Position numbers and translations under genes: made by a program. From Salpingoeca rosetta (taxonomy: Eukaryota > Protista > Choanoflagellata), in the NCBI GenBank assembly GCA_033442325.1, contig JAWQFM010000009.1, forward strand, positions 385,346 to 449,345: a stretch of 64,000 nt of DNA, given 5' to 3'. The notes beneath the pieces were generated by a model. The model was given only the letters and a program-made list of their open reading frames with translations, ran no database searches and had not been told where the DNA came from. This document shows positions 1 to 31,677 of the stretch, piece by piece. Within the stretch, counting starts at the first letter, position 1. The number at the start of each line of letters is the position of its first letter.

Positions 1-109
1 AAAAGCACAAGCACAAGCATCAACAACAGCACCATCACCAACACAAACACGTACACACAAGCACACACACACAAGCACAAGCACAAGAACGTGTGGTGCG
101 AGCGCTTAC

Positions 110-6078
<5,969 letters not shown>

Positions 6079-6371
6079 GTTGCTCCGTTCAGTGTCTTCT
6101 TGATTGGTTTGTGCAGATTAAACACGGACCGTTTGTGTGTGTGTGTGGGGGGGGGGAGAGAAAAATGAAAACAAAGAACAAACCCCAACACAACACGCGG
6201 GAACCTCAACGTCTCACTGGACACCACCCTGCTGTCGCAGCAAAGCTCAGGTCGCTGGATGGATGGAAGGTTGGATGGTGAGCGTGGTGTGTGTGTTTGA
6301 ATGCGCAACGTGCTTCGTGCTCCAATTCGGAGAGGCTACGGAATATTTGCCGGTATATTAACAAACGTCGC

Positions 6372-6385
6372 GATGACTCATCAAT
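6372..6385. promoter_or_regulatory. GATGACTCATCAAT, AP-1/GCN4-type bZIP site ~300 bp upstream of the ABCA ATG
   Basis: Contains ATGACTCAT; an identical 14-mer occurs at 19469-19482 in another promoter. Confidence 0.4.
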
Positions 6386-6423
6386 GGCGTCATTTGAGCG
6401 AACTGAAGCGCAAACACAAGAGT

Positions 6424-6546
<123 letters not shown>

Positions 6547-6630
6547 GAGTACGCATACACAATGCAAAGGTCGCTTAGAGGGATGCAGCAGGTGCTGTGC
6601 AGTCTTACAACATTGCCCAAGCAAGCAGAG

Positions 6631-19392
<12,762 letters not shown>

Positions 19393-19464
19393 GGTTGCCT
19401 CGCGCAGCTCGAACGTGTAGAATGCATTTTGTGCTGTCGAAATCTAAACCACCTGCTGCTGGGA

Positions 19465-19483
19465 GATTGATGACTCATCAATC
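19465..19483. promoter_or_regulatory. 19-bp pseudo-palindrome GATTGA-TGACTCA-TCAATC in a 154-bp bidirectional promoter
   Basis: Perfect 9-bp arms around a central C, centred on the AP-1 heptamer TGACTCA; lies midway between divergent ATGs at 19392 (-) and 19547 (+). Confidence 0.5.
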
Positions 19484-19546
19484 ACCGCTCACCCGCCTGG
19501 CGCACTGCACGCACCAGCCAGCCAACCGGCCAACCACCAACCAGCC

Positions 19547-21198
19547 ATGCCTCGCGTGTTGTCGCTGATTGGAGATGTGCTTGATGTGGTCCTGCCTGTG
19601 TCAAGCACGGCATCAGGCGCACGGACAACGACACAGGCAAGCACACACGCTACAGGACCCAGCGCAACCTGGACCTCCCCACAACAACAACAACAACAAC
19701 AACAACAAGCACAGCAACCGCCGGTGTACAACGAGTATGGGCAGCCTGCAGCCCCGTACACGTACGGTCAACCACCGCCTCAACCATACCACAGTCACCA
19801 GCAACAGCAGCAACAACAGCAGCAGCAGCAGCACATGCCGTCGACGCCGCCAGCGTATGGCCAGCCACCGCCTTCCTACCACCAACAGCATGCGCAGCAG
19901 TTTCCTCCACCTCCAACCTCAACTTACTCGGCACCCCCGAAACCAGACGGGCACCAGCACTTTCAAGACGCTCAACTGCCACCACCACCACTTCCACCAC
20001 AATCATCGGCCTCTTATCATCCACAGTCTCAACCACAGCAATATCAGCAGCCCTACGCTCCGCCTCCTCCGCCACCGCCACAACAGCAGCCATATGCCCA
20101 TGGGCAACCCTACGAGTCACAGCCGCTGTCTCGCGAGGTTTGTCGCGTGTTTCCAAACATGGCACACACACACACACACACATGCACACACGCGCATGCG
20201 TGGCAGTTGCTCAAACCCAATTCATATACTTTATGCTGGCTGTTTATGTCAATCACCCCACCCGACCCACCAATGATCGCACATTCGCTTACCTGTTCAT
20301 CACACATTCGCGCACTCGCACATACACTGGCTTGCATGCACACTCGTCCTGCACGAGCAGCGACCGGCACTCTTCCGGCTGCTGTTTGCCATCTTGTGGC
20401 ACGCAGAGTTTGCGCGCTGGGTGACTGTCACCGTCAGCAAACGCATGCCTCAACCGTCGGACGATGTGAGGCCATTGTAATGTGATGTGGTGTGGCGCTG
20501 CATGCTGTGTGTTGTGACGTGCGCGCCTGTTGCCGCGGTTTTATGCCTCATCGTATACCGCCAACTCTGCTACATTTATCACCGCCGTGCCGACCTGCCC
20601 ACGCCCTCTTTCTTTGTTCACATCAATGCACGCGTGATGCTCTGAATACGGCAGCCTGCAGACTGCTGCGACTGGACCGTGTGTGACGCATGCGAGAAGT
20701 CCCTCCACTGGAACCTCCTCTGCCCGTGCGTGTGTCTCGGAGACCTATCAATGGTGAGCAGTGACACTGGTGCTGGCGCCGAGTTGGACGACAGCTGTGC
20801 ACATTTTTCGCTTGTTTGCTTTGTTGGTGTACCTTCTTGATGCACCGACAAGGTGGAACGACTTTGCTTGAGTGCCTCCTCCCTCATTGCGACAAGCAGC
20901 CCCACAAGCAACTGATATGCTTCCATCGACTGCATTCACTCAGCAAGCTCTGTCCCTTACCGCCACATCTCTCACTATCAATGCTATCATCAATCCCATC
21001 ACCTACAGCGGTTTGCACTCGCTTCCATTGGCGGTGTTCTGTTTGCGGCAGCGATGATGCTCGTGCAGGCCCTTCATATCCCCTTTGACCTCTTCTTCCT
21101 CCTCAAATCAGTCATCTGTGAGTTGGCACGTTTGCGGAGGGGGGAGCGTTGTGTACTTGTGTACTTGTGTGTGTGTGTGTGTCTGTCTGTGCGCGCGC

Positions 21199-21244
<46 letters not shown>

Positions 21245-21252
21245 GCGCGCGC

Positions 21253-21311
<59 letters not shown>

Positions 21312-22322
21312 GTTGTCTTTGTATTGCCATCTCACCTCCACCCACCACCACGCGTGCCAGTTGGGAGCCCTCAATTCGGCCCGCTGCTGAAGCTGCTGCT
21401 TCTACTGTGGGGCGTTGTCGGCGTTGCTGTCTCTCTTCCAATGGTCTTCATCATGTCCCTCTTCCTCGGTCCCGTCATCGCCTTTGGATGGCCCCTCTCC
21501 CTTGGTCAGCGCCTGCTTGCCTGCTTGCATTCGTTGGCTCTGTGTGTGTGTGTGTGTGTGTGTCTGTGCGTGTGTGTGTCTGTGTGTCTGTGTGTCTGTG
21601 TCTGTGTGTCTGTGTGTGCACGCCGCCCCCTCACCTCACCCCGCTCTCCCCCTCTCCACTCTCCTCCTCACCTCACCTCACCGCACTCTCCCTCACCCCC
21701 TTCCTCGCGTGCAGGTATCCGCATCATGCTCGAGTCTATCGGGTTTGCACTGGTCGACGGCGTCAAGTACAAAGCGGAGCAGCTGCGCGCGTATGAGCGG
21801 GAGGGGCCGTACATGCGCCTCAAACTCCTCCACGCCATCCTCGCATTCGTCTGTCAGTCGTCGTTATGCGTCCCTGTGTGTGTGTGTGTGTGTCTGTGTC
21901 TGTGTCTGTGTGTGTGTGTCTGTGTGTCTGCGTCTATGTGTGTGTGTGTCTGTCTGTCTGTCTGTCTGTGTGTCTGCGTCTGTGTGTCTGTCTGTCTGTC
22001 TGTCTGTGTGTGTGTGTCTGTTTGTATGCCTGCTGTTGGTTGTAGACACTGTGTCGTGCTTCTCGACTCTCCCTCACACGTGCGAATCACCACCGCGCAT
22101 CACCGTCGATCCTCCTCACCATCTTCGTCATGACCGCCATCACCACCACCAGTCATGTTTGTCGGTATGGCTGTGTGCGGTGTTGGATTTCTCCTCAAGA
22201 CCATTGTCGATGCGCCCGCGTTTGTGTTCTCGTCTCTCGCCGAAGTCTGGAAGTCAGTGCTCAAAGCAACAATGGCTGTGAGAGCGATAGTGTGTGTGTG
22301 TTTTGTTGTGTGTGTGTGTGTC

Positions 22323-22354
<32 letters not shown>

Positions 22355-22391
22355 TGTCTGTGTGTGTCTGTGTGTCTGTGTGTGTCTGTGT

Positions 22392-22433
<42 letters not shown>

Positions 22434-23172
22434 ATGTGTGTGTGTGTGTGTGCCGCTTATTGCGTTCTCGTGGTGTACCGTTCCTTCTTTTTATCTTGCA
22501 AGCGCCATCCTCACCTTCACGCCCCACATATGCATGCATCACCTGCACGTGTCTTGCCACAATCGCTGCCATCTCTACCAGGGACACGTGTGTTGGCATT
22601 GCGCCATCCAAGGAGCGCGGACCACCAGGACCCTTCGACGACCTCCCTTGCTGCGCCCTCATGAACTGCGTTGGAGGTACTGTAACACACATGTCCTCTC
22701 GCGGGCACACCGGCATGGCATGCATGGCATGGGATGCATGGCATGCTCGTGCGTATCTTGCGTGTGTGTCGTCCATGCACTCCAAACCCCCTCCCAGCAA
22801 CATCCACAGCACAAGTGCCCCAACCATAAGCATCCATTCCATTACTCACATACACCACCCACGCGCCCTTCTCGTCCACCACCACCACCACTTCAACAAC
22901 AACTTAAACAACAACAACAACAACAACTTAAACAACAACTTAAACAACAACAACTTAAACAACAACAACAACAACTTAAACAACAACAACAACAACAACT
23001 TAAACAACTTAAACAACAACAACAACTTAAACAACAACAGGCGCGGCTGCCCAGCTGTGTGCGCTGCTCATGATTCCACTCCGCGTCGTTGCGTCGGTCG
23101 TTGTTATCGCGTTTGCTGCCGTTGCTCCCGCCATCGCCCTCGTCATTGGTCTCATCATCGGGTTCCCAGCAG
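19547..23172 (+). CDS. Uncharacterised multi-pass membrane protein with P/Q/Y-rich N-terminus and Cys-rich motif; 3' end missing (gap)
   Basis: Exon 1 (19547-~20137) is P/Q-rich and ends LSRE|gt. Phase-compatible exons follow: [33 protein letters not shown] (~20655-20753); [36 protein letters not shown]; [21 protein letters not shown]; [11 protein letters not shown]; [16 protein letters not shown]; [35 protein letters not shown] (23041-23172). No stop was found before the gap. The start codon is uncertain. Confidence 0.7.
22894..23039. repeat. (AAC)n / TTAAAC compound repeat upstream of a 3' splice site
   Basis: AAC units interrupted by TTA, ending in ACAG|exon at 23040/23041. Confidence 0.9.
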
Positions 23173-23180
23173 GTGTGGAC

Positions 23181-23246
<66 letters not shown>

Positions 23247-23638
23247 TGGTTTGGGTGTTTGTGTTTCCTGTCTGTTTGTCGCTTCAACATTGGGGAACCC
23301 AAAACCAAAAGGACTCAGGTCTCCTTCCTTTTCTAACGTGAACCCGCACAGAAAAAATGGAAACCGGGAAAAACACACACACACACACAAGTCCCTCGTC
23401 ACACAAGTACACGCGGAGGGGCGGGACGTGTACTTTGCGCCGTCGGCGCTCTCACGCTTCCTCCCCCTCCGCCAGCGAACAAAACGTTAAATTTTTCGGG
23501 GTTGTGGTGTCCTGAAAGAAGAGGTCTGGCCCCCCCCTCCACCTCCGTAATCATCGTCATCTTCTTAACATATCCGCCCACTTTGATGAAAGGGAAAAAG
23601 AGCAAAAGTGGGTGTGGAGGATTTGTCTTTTGGGGGGG

Positions 23639-23738
23639 NNNNNNNNNNNNNNNNNNNNNNNNNNNNNNNNNNNNNNNNNNNNNNNNNNNNNNNNNNNNNN
23701 NNNNNNNNNNNNNNNNNNNNNNNNNNNNNNNNNNNNNN
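23639..23738. other. Assembly gap (100 N, likely unknown size)
   Basis: N run flanked by homopolymer-rich, low-quality-looking sequence. Confidence 0.99.
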
Positions 23739-24095
23739 AAATTGACACAGCAAACATCCTTCCACTAAACCTCTCAAAACTCAAACGTGATGCATCACTG
23801 CGTAGCGACACTGCACCCAGTTATTGCATTCAAACCGTCTTCTCTTTTCCTCGGGTGCGCTATATCCACCAGACCACTCTATTTATATACTCAACTATAG
23901 CCATCATGCTATATCTCATTCATCCCAGTCGTCACTTCTCCCCAGTACTATTACGTAGGTATCGTCGCCTACAGAGACCCTGTGTGTCTATTGTGTCGTG
24001 TTTTTCTCTACTCTTTCTACGACGTTGCGTTTCCCATCGCTGACGCGTGCCGTCTACCCCCACAGAAACAACAAAAAAAAATGACATGTAATCAG

Positions 24096-24185
<90 letters not shown>

Positions 24186-24321
24186 ACAGCGGGATGATCG
24201 ACACACAACACGAACTTGATGTGACAACCCGTTTCCACACCCCAACTCTGTAACCCATGCAACCCTCCCCCCCCCCCCATCATGGCGCACATACACACAC
24301 CCAGAACAGCTGTGTGCTGTC

Positions 24322-25996
24322 TCACTCACTCCTCTTCTTTGCATTCCGGCCTTCTTTGCCCGTGTCCTTCTGTTGCTGCTGCTGTCGCTTCTTCTTCATC
24401 AGCAGCAATTTCATCTTCGCCTCACGCTCCCGCGCTTCCTTCTCCTCCGCCTGCACAAAACATCAACAAAGTACAGCAGTGAACGCATAAGCAACAGCGA
24501 CGCGTCACTGTGCGCGTGTGTGTGTGTGTGTGTGTCTGTGTGTCTGTGTGTCTGTGTGTGTCTGTGTGTCTGTGTGTGTCTGTGTGTGTGTCTGTGTGTG
24601 TGTGTGCCTGTGTGTGTGTGTGTGTGTGTCTGTGTGTGTGTGTGTGCCGACCTGTCGCTGCTGGCGCGTGTGTTCAATGGCGGCAAGACGGCGCAGTCGC
24701 TCCTCTTCCTGGCGAAGAAGACGCTCTTCCTCCTGTTGCAATCGCGGTTGGCACACGATGCACGTTGATGCATGTTGATGGCGTGGTGAGTCAGGTGATG
24801 AGGGAGGTGAAAACACACACGCACACACGCACACACGCACACACGCACACACACGCACACACACACTGAAGACGACATAAAAGAGTCTCACACATGTGCG
24901 CACCTCGATAAGTTTGCGTTGTTCCTCCAGTAACTTTTGTCGCTTTTGTTCCATGAGTTGTCGCTTCATCTGCTCCTCTTCCTCCTGTTTTCGCTTCTCC
25001 TCCTCCAGGCGCTGGAGTCCACACACGCGCATTGCAGGCGTAGTCAGGAGAAGAAGTATTGTCCGTCAGTGTGAGCAGAAATGCACACAAACACGCAGAC
25101 ATACGAACGCGAACAAGGGAATCGTGCGAACGAAAACACAAAGCACACACACACACAAAACACGCACACACAAAACACAAACACACACAAAACACACACA
25201 CACACACAAACACAAACACAAACACACAAACGTGCAGCCCACCCTTTGCTCTTCCTCCTGGCGCTGCCTCTCTTCTTCGCGTCTTCGCTCTTCCTCCTCG
25301 CGCTTCCGTCGCTCCCGCTCCTCCCTAATGAACGCGACGCAGAGGCGACAAGTCATGGCATGTCGGTGATTGGTGTATACAATTGCGTGCAAGAAAAGGA
25401 TACGGAAGCTGCTTGTACAACAGCAGCACAAAGCCGCCTCGGGCAGTTGCAACAACTTCCACTGTCACCACAACCACCACCACCATGTCAGACACCAACG
25501 CATCGTGGCCGCATTTACCGTTCGCGGCGTTTCCTCTCCTTTCGCCGCTTCTTCTCGCGTCTTCGCTCCTCCTTTTCCTGTCTCCGCTCTTCCTCCCTGG
25601 CAAATACAGCACCATCGTTTCACACACACACACACACATGTACACACGCACACATGTACACACGCACACACGCACACATGTACACAAACGACGTATAGAT
25701 GGTGTCAGCACCGATGACTTGCTGGCACGTGTCACAACCTACGTCACGTGCAACGTGTGTCTCAAGGAAGCACATTTCAGAGCACAAAACCGACAACAGG
25801 ACGCTTGGTCGTGCATGCAAGCATGCGTGGTGATGACACGCTTACCTGCGTTGCTCTTCCTCCCACTGTCTCTGCCGTTCTCGTTCTTCTTCCTCTTCGC
25901 GCCGCCGTCTCTCCTCCTCTTCTTTTCGCTTGCGTTCCTCCTCCTCCTCCGTAGCCCGCTGCACACACCACAACGAGACCCAGTGAGCGAGCGAAC

Positions 25997-26086
<90 letters not shown>

Positions 26087-27773
26087 GCGGTGCGTGTGTG
26101 TGTGTCCGAACACATACGGACACATCTCAACACCTCTTCCACACAAGAAAATATCAGTCGCCACCACCATCACAAATCACACATCGTACATAACGTGTAC
26201 CTTGATTTCTTCTGCCCGCCATCTTCGCTTGCGAATTTGCGCATCAGAGAGGAATGAGCTCGTGTCAATTGCCGCTGTTGCAAACACCTGAAGTGGTGGT
26301 GGTGGTGATTGTGGTGGTGGTGGTGGTGGTGATTGTGGTGGTGGTGGTGGTGGTGGTGATTGTGGTGGTGGTGATTGTGAACATGGACGCGGCGCGATTA
26401 GTTCGGGAAGACATGCATTGTAGTGCTACACGCAGTAGCAACAACATGCACACATACAAATGAACAAACACACAAACATACGAACACACACCTGAAAGTG
26501 GCGGCCGTTGCGAACGCGGGAAAGACAGCGCTCGTTCAACGCACGCGCACACGCAAGTGCAGACTCGAACTGCTCAAACTGCACAAACGCATCAAAGTGA
26601 AGATCTCGGGGACCTGAACGACACATGCACACGCACGCATGCACATGTTCACGTTTGGTGAATACACACAGACCATGCACACATGCACACATAGACGTGT
26701 GCAACACAATTGCGCATGTAAACCGTTGCACACATCCTCACCCCACATACATTCACGCACGTACGCGCAACATGTTGTGACTGACTTGGAATGACTGCAC
26801 CGCCACCGCTGCTGCTGTTGCTGTCGTTGTTGTAATCGCCGTTGTTGCGGCCGTGGTACCCGGTGGAAACAATGTCCAGGCCATGTGACACATCTGTTTC
26901 GTTCTCACGCGCGCTCCTCAACACTTGCGCGTCCACTTGCAGGTCCTTCTCGGAGCGAATGAGTGCAACACGATGCACGTGTCCAAAGACAGCGAATCGT
27001 TGTGCCACATCCCCTTCGCTCAGCTGATCTCGGCTGCGCGCAAACCAGCGAACAGGGAGGTGCGTGACGTACACGGTGTCTGGCCGCTGTCCACGAGGAG
27101 TGTCGTCGTAGTGATGGCGAAAGTGCGATGTGAACCACGAGTGCGACAGGTCGGCTGGCGGCTGGCGCGGGTGGTGGAGCAGCACCTCGGCCGTGATGGT
27201 GATTGGGTGAACAACCTGCCGCGTTGTAGTGGTGGTGGTGGTGGTGGTGGTGGTGGTGAGAATGATACATGGTGTGACAGAGATGGGTGTCAAGGTAAAA
27301 CGCACACGCACACGCACACATGCACACGCACACATTCCGAAGCAGTGCGGATAACATCACTTACGCCCATGAATTTGAGGACGCGGCCGTTGAGCGACTG
27401 CACGAGTTGTTCTGTTGCAGTGGAGGCCGGGCAGTGCAGCCACAGCACTGCAGTGGTCGTGGGCACAATGTATGATACATATCAGCGGTGGTGTGATGTG
27501 ACAGCTCAGCGAGAGGGGAGTGGAGGAAGGGAACACTGACAGCAGACAGACACAAGCACCAGGGTGATAACCAGGCAAGTACACACAGGTACGAGTTCAC
27601 ACACGCACACACACACACCCAGCATCTCTGCAGTTGAGAGGTCTCGCAATGGCTGCAGTGTCGTTTCTGGCGGCATGATGGCGGATATGGCGGGCGCCAA
27701 TCGCTCTTGAATGTCCCAATATGACACCTGTGCGACATGCCATGATCCAGCGAGGCAGGGAGCGCGTCAACGT

Positions 27774-27849
<76 letters not shown>

Positions 27850-29109
27850 TTGTTCACACACATGCACTCACACACGAAAAAGCAAGCGAGGTGGTGTGGC
27901 CTCTCTTTGCCTGACGTACATCGTTGAAGCAGCTCGGGTTGCCGCTTGCGTTGACACGGACAAAGTGCTAAGGTTGAGGGGTAAGCAGTGAGCAGCAAGC
28001 GGTGGTGAGATCTCGTGTTGATGTGAACACCAAAGCAAAGAAAGCAGGGAGGAAGCAGTTAGAAGAAGAGGGTGTAGATGAAAGACGGGGGCGTTGGTGC
28101 AGAACAGCCGTCAGACAACAGACGAGTGGATACGCACGCGCTTCTCCAAGGTGATGCCGTTGCCAAAGGGAATCTCGTCTGCAATGTCTGCAATAATGGA
28201 CGCGTGGCAAGGTGGGCGTGAAGCAGATGAGGATTGCACTACTCCCACGCGCGCAACCACCAAACACACGCACATATATTCACACACGCACGCACACACA
28301 CACACACACATATTCACATATTCACACACGCACGCACCTGGGAGAGGGATCATCTCAAAGGGGCGAGCCTTTGGGTGCTGGGTGGTGCTTTGCTGAACAG
28401 GTGGGCGCCGAGACGATCGAGACATGTGCTTGTGGGCGTCGTCGTCCTCACTGCCACCTTCCACCGATACGCGAGATCTGGCGGCGCCGCTGACAGCGCC
28501 GATCGGCTGCGTTTGCTTGATGGTGTCGATGGCGGAGGCGAAGATGCGGGGTGCTCGGACACGTCCAGGCTCTGTTGCCAATCGCTTGGCCCGCTTCGAA
28601 GCGCGCTGCTGCTGCTGCTGCTGTGCCTGTTGCGATGACTCACTTGGTGGTGCTTGCTGGGTCGTCTTGTCCTGCTCGCCATCGCCGGTGCTTAGCCGCT
28701 GCGTGACGTGCGCACGGCCAACAGCCGGTGCAACGCCACCAAGCCGGTTGAAGACGGATGCGCGTCGCTTGGCCTGTGAGCCATCACCACCACCACCACC
28801 ACCACCAGCACGTTGTTCATCATCGCCAGCGCCATCGTTGCCATCCTTTGTCTGCGTTGACGTTCGTGCTTCGCTCACGGTGGCAGCATCGCCGTCACTG
28901 CTTCCGACTGGGCTGGCGTGCCTCGGGCTCACGGTTCCAACCACCACAGGCAGCTTCTTCTCGCTTTCCTCTCCATCTGCCTCTTCCTCTACCTCACTGT
29001 CACCACCACGATGGGCGGGGCTCCCTTCATCTTCCTTCCCTTCCATCACCGCCAAACCATCATGGCTGTCATCATCGTCCAACACCAGCACATCCTCCTC
29101 CACATCCAT
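24322..29109 (-). CDS. AKAP17A: AKAP17A / XE7 / SFRS17A-like splicing factor with long disordered N-terminal extension
   Basis: Exons match remembered AKAP17A motifs: [11 protein letters not shown] (~ISNWEVMERL); [37 protein letters not shown] (~PGERPDTIHLEGLPCKWFA); LHFDAFVQF (~LNFEAYVQY); [16 protein letters not shown] (~FDSTKHLSDASIKKR). These are followed by many E/R/K coiled-coil exons. ATG at 29109 (MDVEED); stop TGA at 24322-24324. Confidence 0.82.
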
Positions 29110-29256
29110 CTTCTCCTGCTTCGTTCTTGCACACACACACAAAACTCCAACACCCAATATCACCCAGAACCCTGCTTGCTGTTGTTTTCAGTGAGGAGCA
29201 GTAGTGTGACACATCAAGCGAGAGCTCGAGCACAGTGCACAACAGACGACTCGGGG

Positions 29257-29391
29257 ATGAGCCTGCGCGACCCGACTGCACCGCCGGCGTGCACTGCACC
29301 GTGGCGGGCAGTGTGGTCCAGGTCCCGTGCACGCTGGTACTTTCAGAACACCGAGACAAAGGAAACCACATGGACACTCCCGCCAGCCGCT

Positions 29392-29436
<45 letters not shown>

Positions 29437-29438
29437 TG

Positions 29439-29513
<75 letters not shown>

Positions 29514-29695
29514 ATGTATGTATGTATGTATGTATGTATGTATGTATGTATGTGTGTATGTATGTATGTATGTGTGTGTGTATGTATGTATGTGTGTATG
29601 TATGTATGTATGTATGTGCGTCTGCGTGTGCTCACGCTGATACGTGGAACACCCACTGCCCACTGACAATGAATGATGACCCTGTGCTGCTCTGT

Positions 29696-29729
<34 letters not shown>

Positions 29730-30145
29730 CGATGTACTGGCATCTACGCTGCATATCTTCTTGGCAGGTCAAGCACAGAGCGCTGGTGGAGATGAGCAGC
29801 AGGAGGGACACGACCAGCGGTGGTCTCACAAGCCAGAGTTTGCTGATGTCGCTTCCAACCCTCATCTGCAGCAGGTGAGGCCGTGATCCCCGACCAGTGG
29901 ACATGTGGTTGGTTGCACACCTCCATGTCTGTCCGCTCACATGTCCCAACACGTCCCTCGTCTCTCTGGCCCACACGTACTTGCGACCACGATGCTGGTG
30001 GCCCCTTCAGGTGATTGCCAATGAAGGCTACGAGAGCGTGGACAACCTTCCGTTCACTCGCACACTGCGTGGTGACCACCCCGTGGCCCCGTACCGTCGT
30101 CGAAAAGACGAAACCAAATCAGGTGCGCATGTGTGTGTGTGTGTG

Positions 30146-30178
<33 letters not shown>

Positions 30179-30297
30179 GTGTTTGTGTCTCTGTGTGTGT
30201 GTGTGTTTGTGTCTGTGTGTTTCTGTGTATGTCTGTCTGTGTTTGTCTCTCTGTGTGTGTCTCTGTGTGTTTGTGTCTGTGTGTATGTCTGTGTATG

Positions 30298-30329
<32 letters not shown>

Positions 30330-31630
30330 TCGTCCCGTCGGCACTGCCTCACACACACACACTCTCTCTCTCCTTCTTGAGGTCTTGTGTTCAAGCATTG
30401 GTTCCCGAGCACATGCGCTGTCTCCTTTCTGAGCCACACACACACACACACACACACGCACGCACGCACACGCACACGCACACATGCACACACCGCTTAC
30501 ATACACGCACGCACACGCACGCACGCACACGCACACGCACACATGCACACACCGCTTACATACACGCACACACCGCTTGCACCCGTCCAAACCCGCCACA
30601 ACACTGACATGGCCACTTCAGTGATCCACTGGGGCCAGCGGGAGGCGCTCATCTTGGCCATTGAGTTCCTGACGGAGCACTGGCAGCCTGGCCACCCGAT
30701 TGTGTACTCTGGTATCCTCTCTGTCGGCTGCGCTCGCGTCCTCTCAGAACTCTTTCCAGATGCCAAGGTCGCTGTCTTTGTTTGTTTGTTTGCGTGTCTG
30801 TCTGTCTGTCTGTTTGTGTGTGATGGAGATGATTGAACATGTGCCTGAGTTGCCAGCGTAGCTCCACGATTGATGTATCGTGTCAATGACTCTGCAGTGA
30901 TTAACGTAACTTCCAACCATCACCGTCGTTACACCCAGGTGTACGTGTTTGATGAGACGACCCGCCTCGAACCAAACGACTTCAACTTCACGACCGTCAA
31001 GGTGTGTGTGTGTCTGTGTGTGCGTATTGCATGTGTGTCTGTGTGTGCGTGCGTGTGTGTATGTGCGTGTGTGTTGTGGTATGCTTCTTCCAACGTGGTT
31101 ATAAACACACACCCAGGATCTCTCTCACCCACAATTGCACACACCTCTCTGTCTGTACCCCCGCCCCTCCCGTCGTCGCCATCGCCACCGCATCACAGGC
31201 GCCGCTGGACGCAAGCAAGGCCGAGCAGTTTGTCGGGCAGCAGGTGCTCTACATCTCCGAGATCAAAACAACAAAACTCGGCATGTCAAACCAGGTGTGT
31301 GTGTGTGTGTGTCATGTGGGCGACACACCATCTGTGTGACCAATTGTGTGTGCGCGTTCGAATATGTGCCATTCACCACCGCACCCCTTGCCCTCCAAAC
31401 AACACCAATCATGCCTGTGGTCGCCAGGATGCGAATCTGGCACTGCTGGATGACATTGAGCAGCAGATGGCGATGCACAATCTCATGCAACCGCACAAGA
31501 GCATGCTCAAGTTTCGGCTCCCCTGGGAGGACGGCAGCACCGACTACCTTGACGGTGCGCCATTCAGGGTGCCGTGTGTGTGTGTGTGTCTGTGTGTGTG
31601 TGTCTGTGTGTCTGTGTGTGTGTGTGTGTG

Positions 31631-31677
<47 letters not shown>

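Noticed and set aside
22894-23039. Periodic TTAAAC/AAC array as CRISPR-like or telomeric repeat
   Set aside because: No unique spacers and not TTAGGG; it is a degenerate (AAC)n intronic microsatellite.
23260-24060. Homopolymer-rich atypical sequence on both sides of gap 2
   Set aside because: Looks like degraded reads after a (TG)n tract; no credible exon, terminal repeat or RNA gene.
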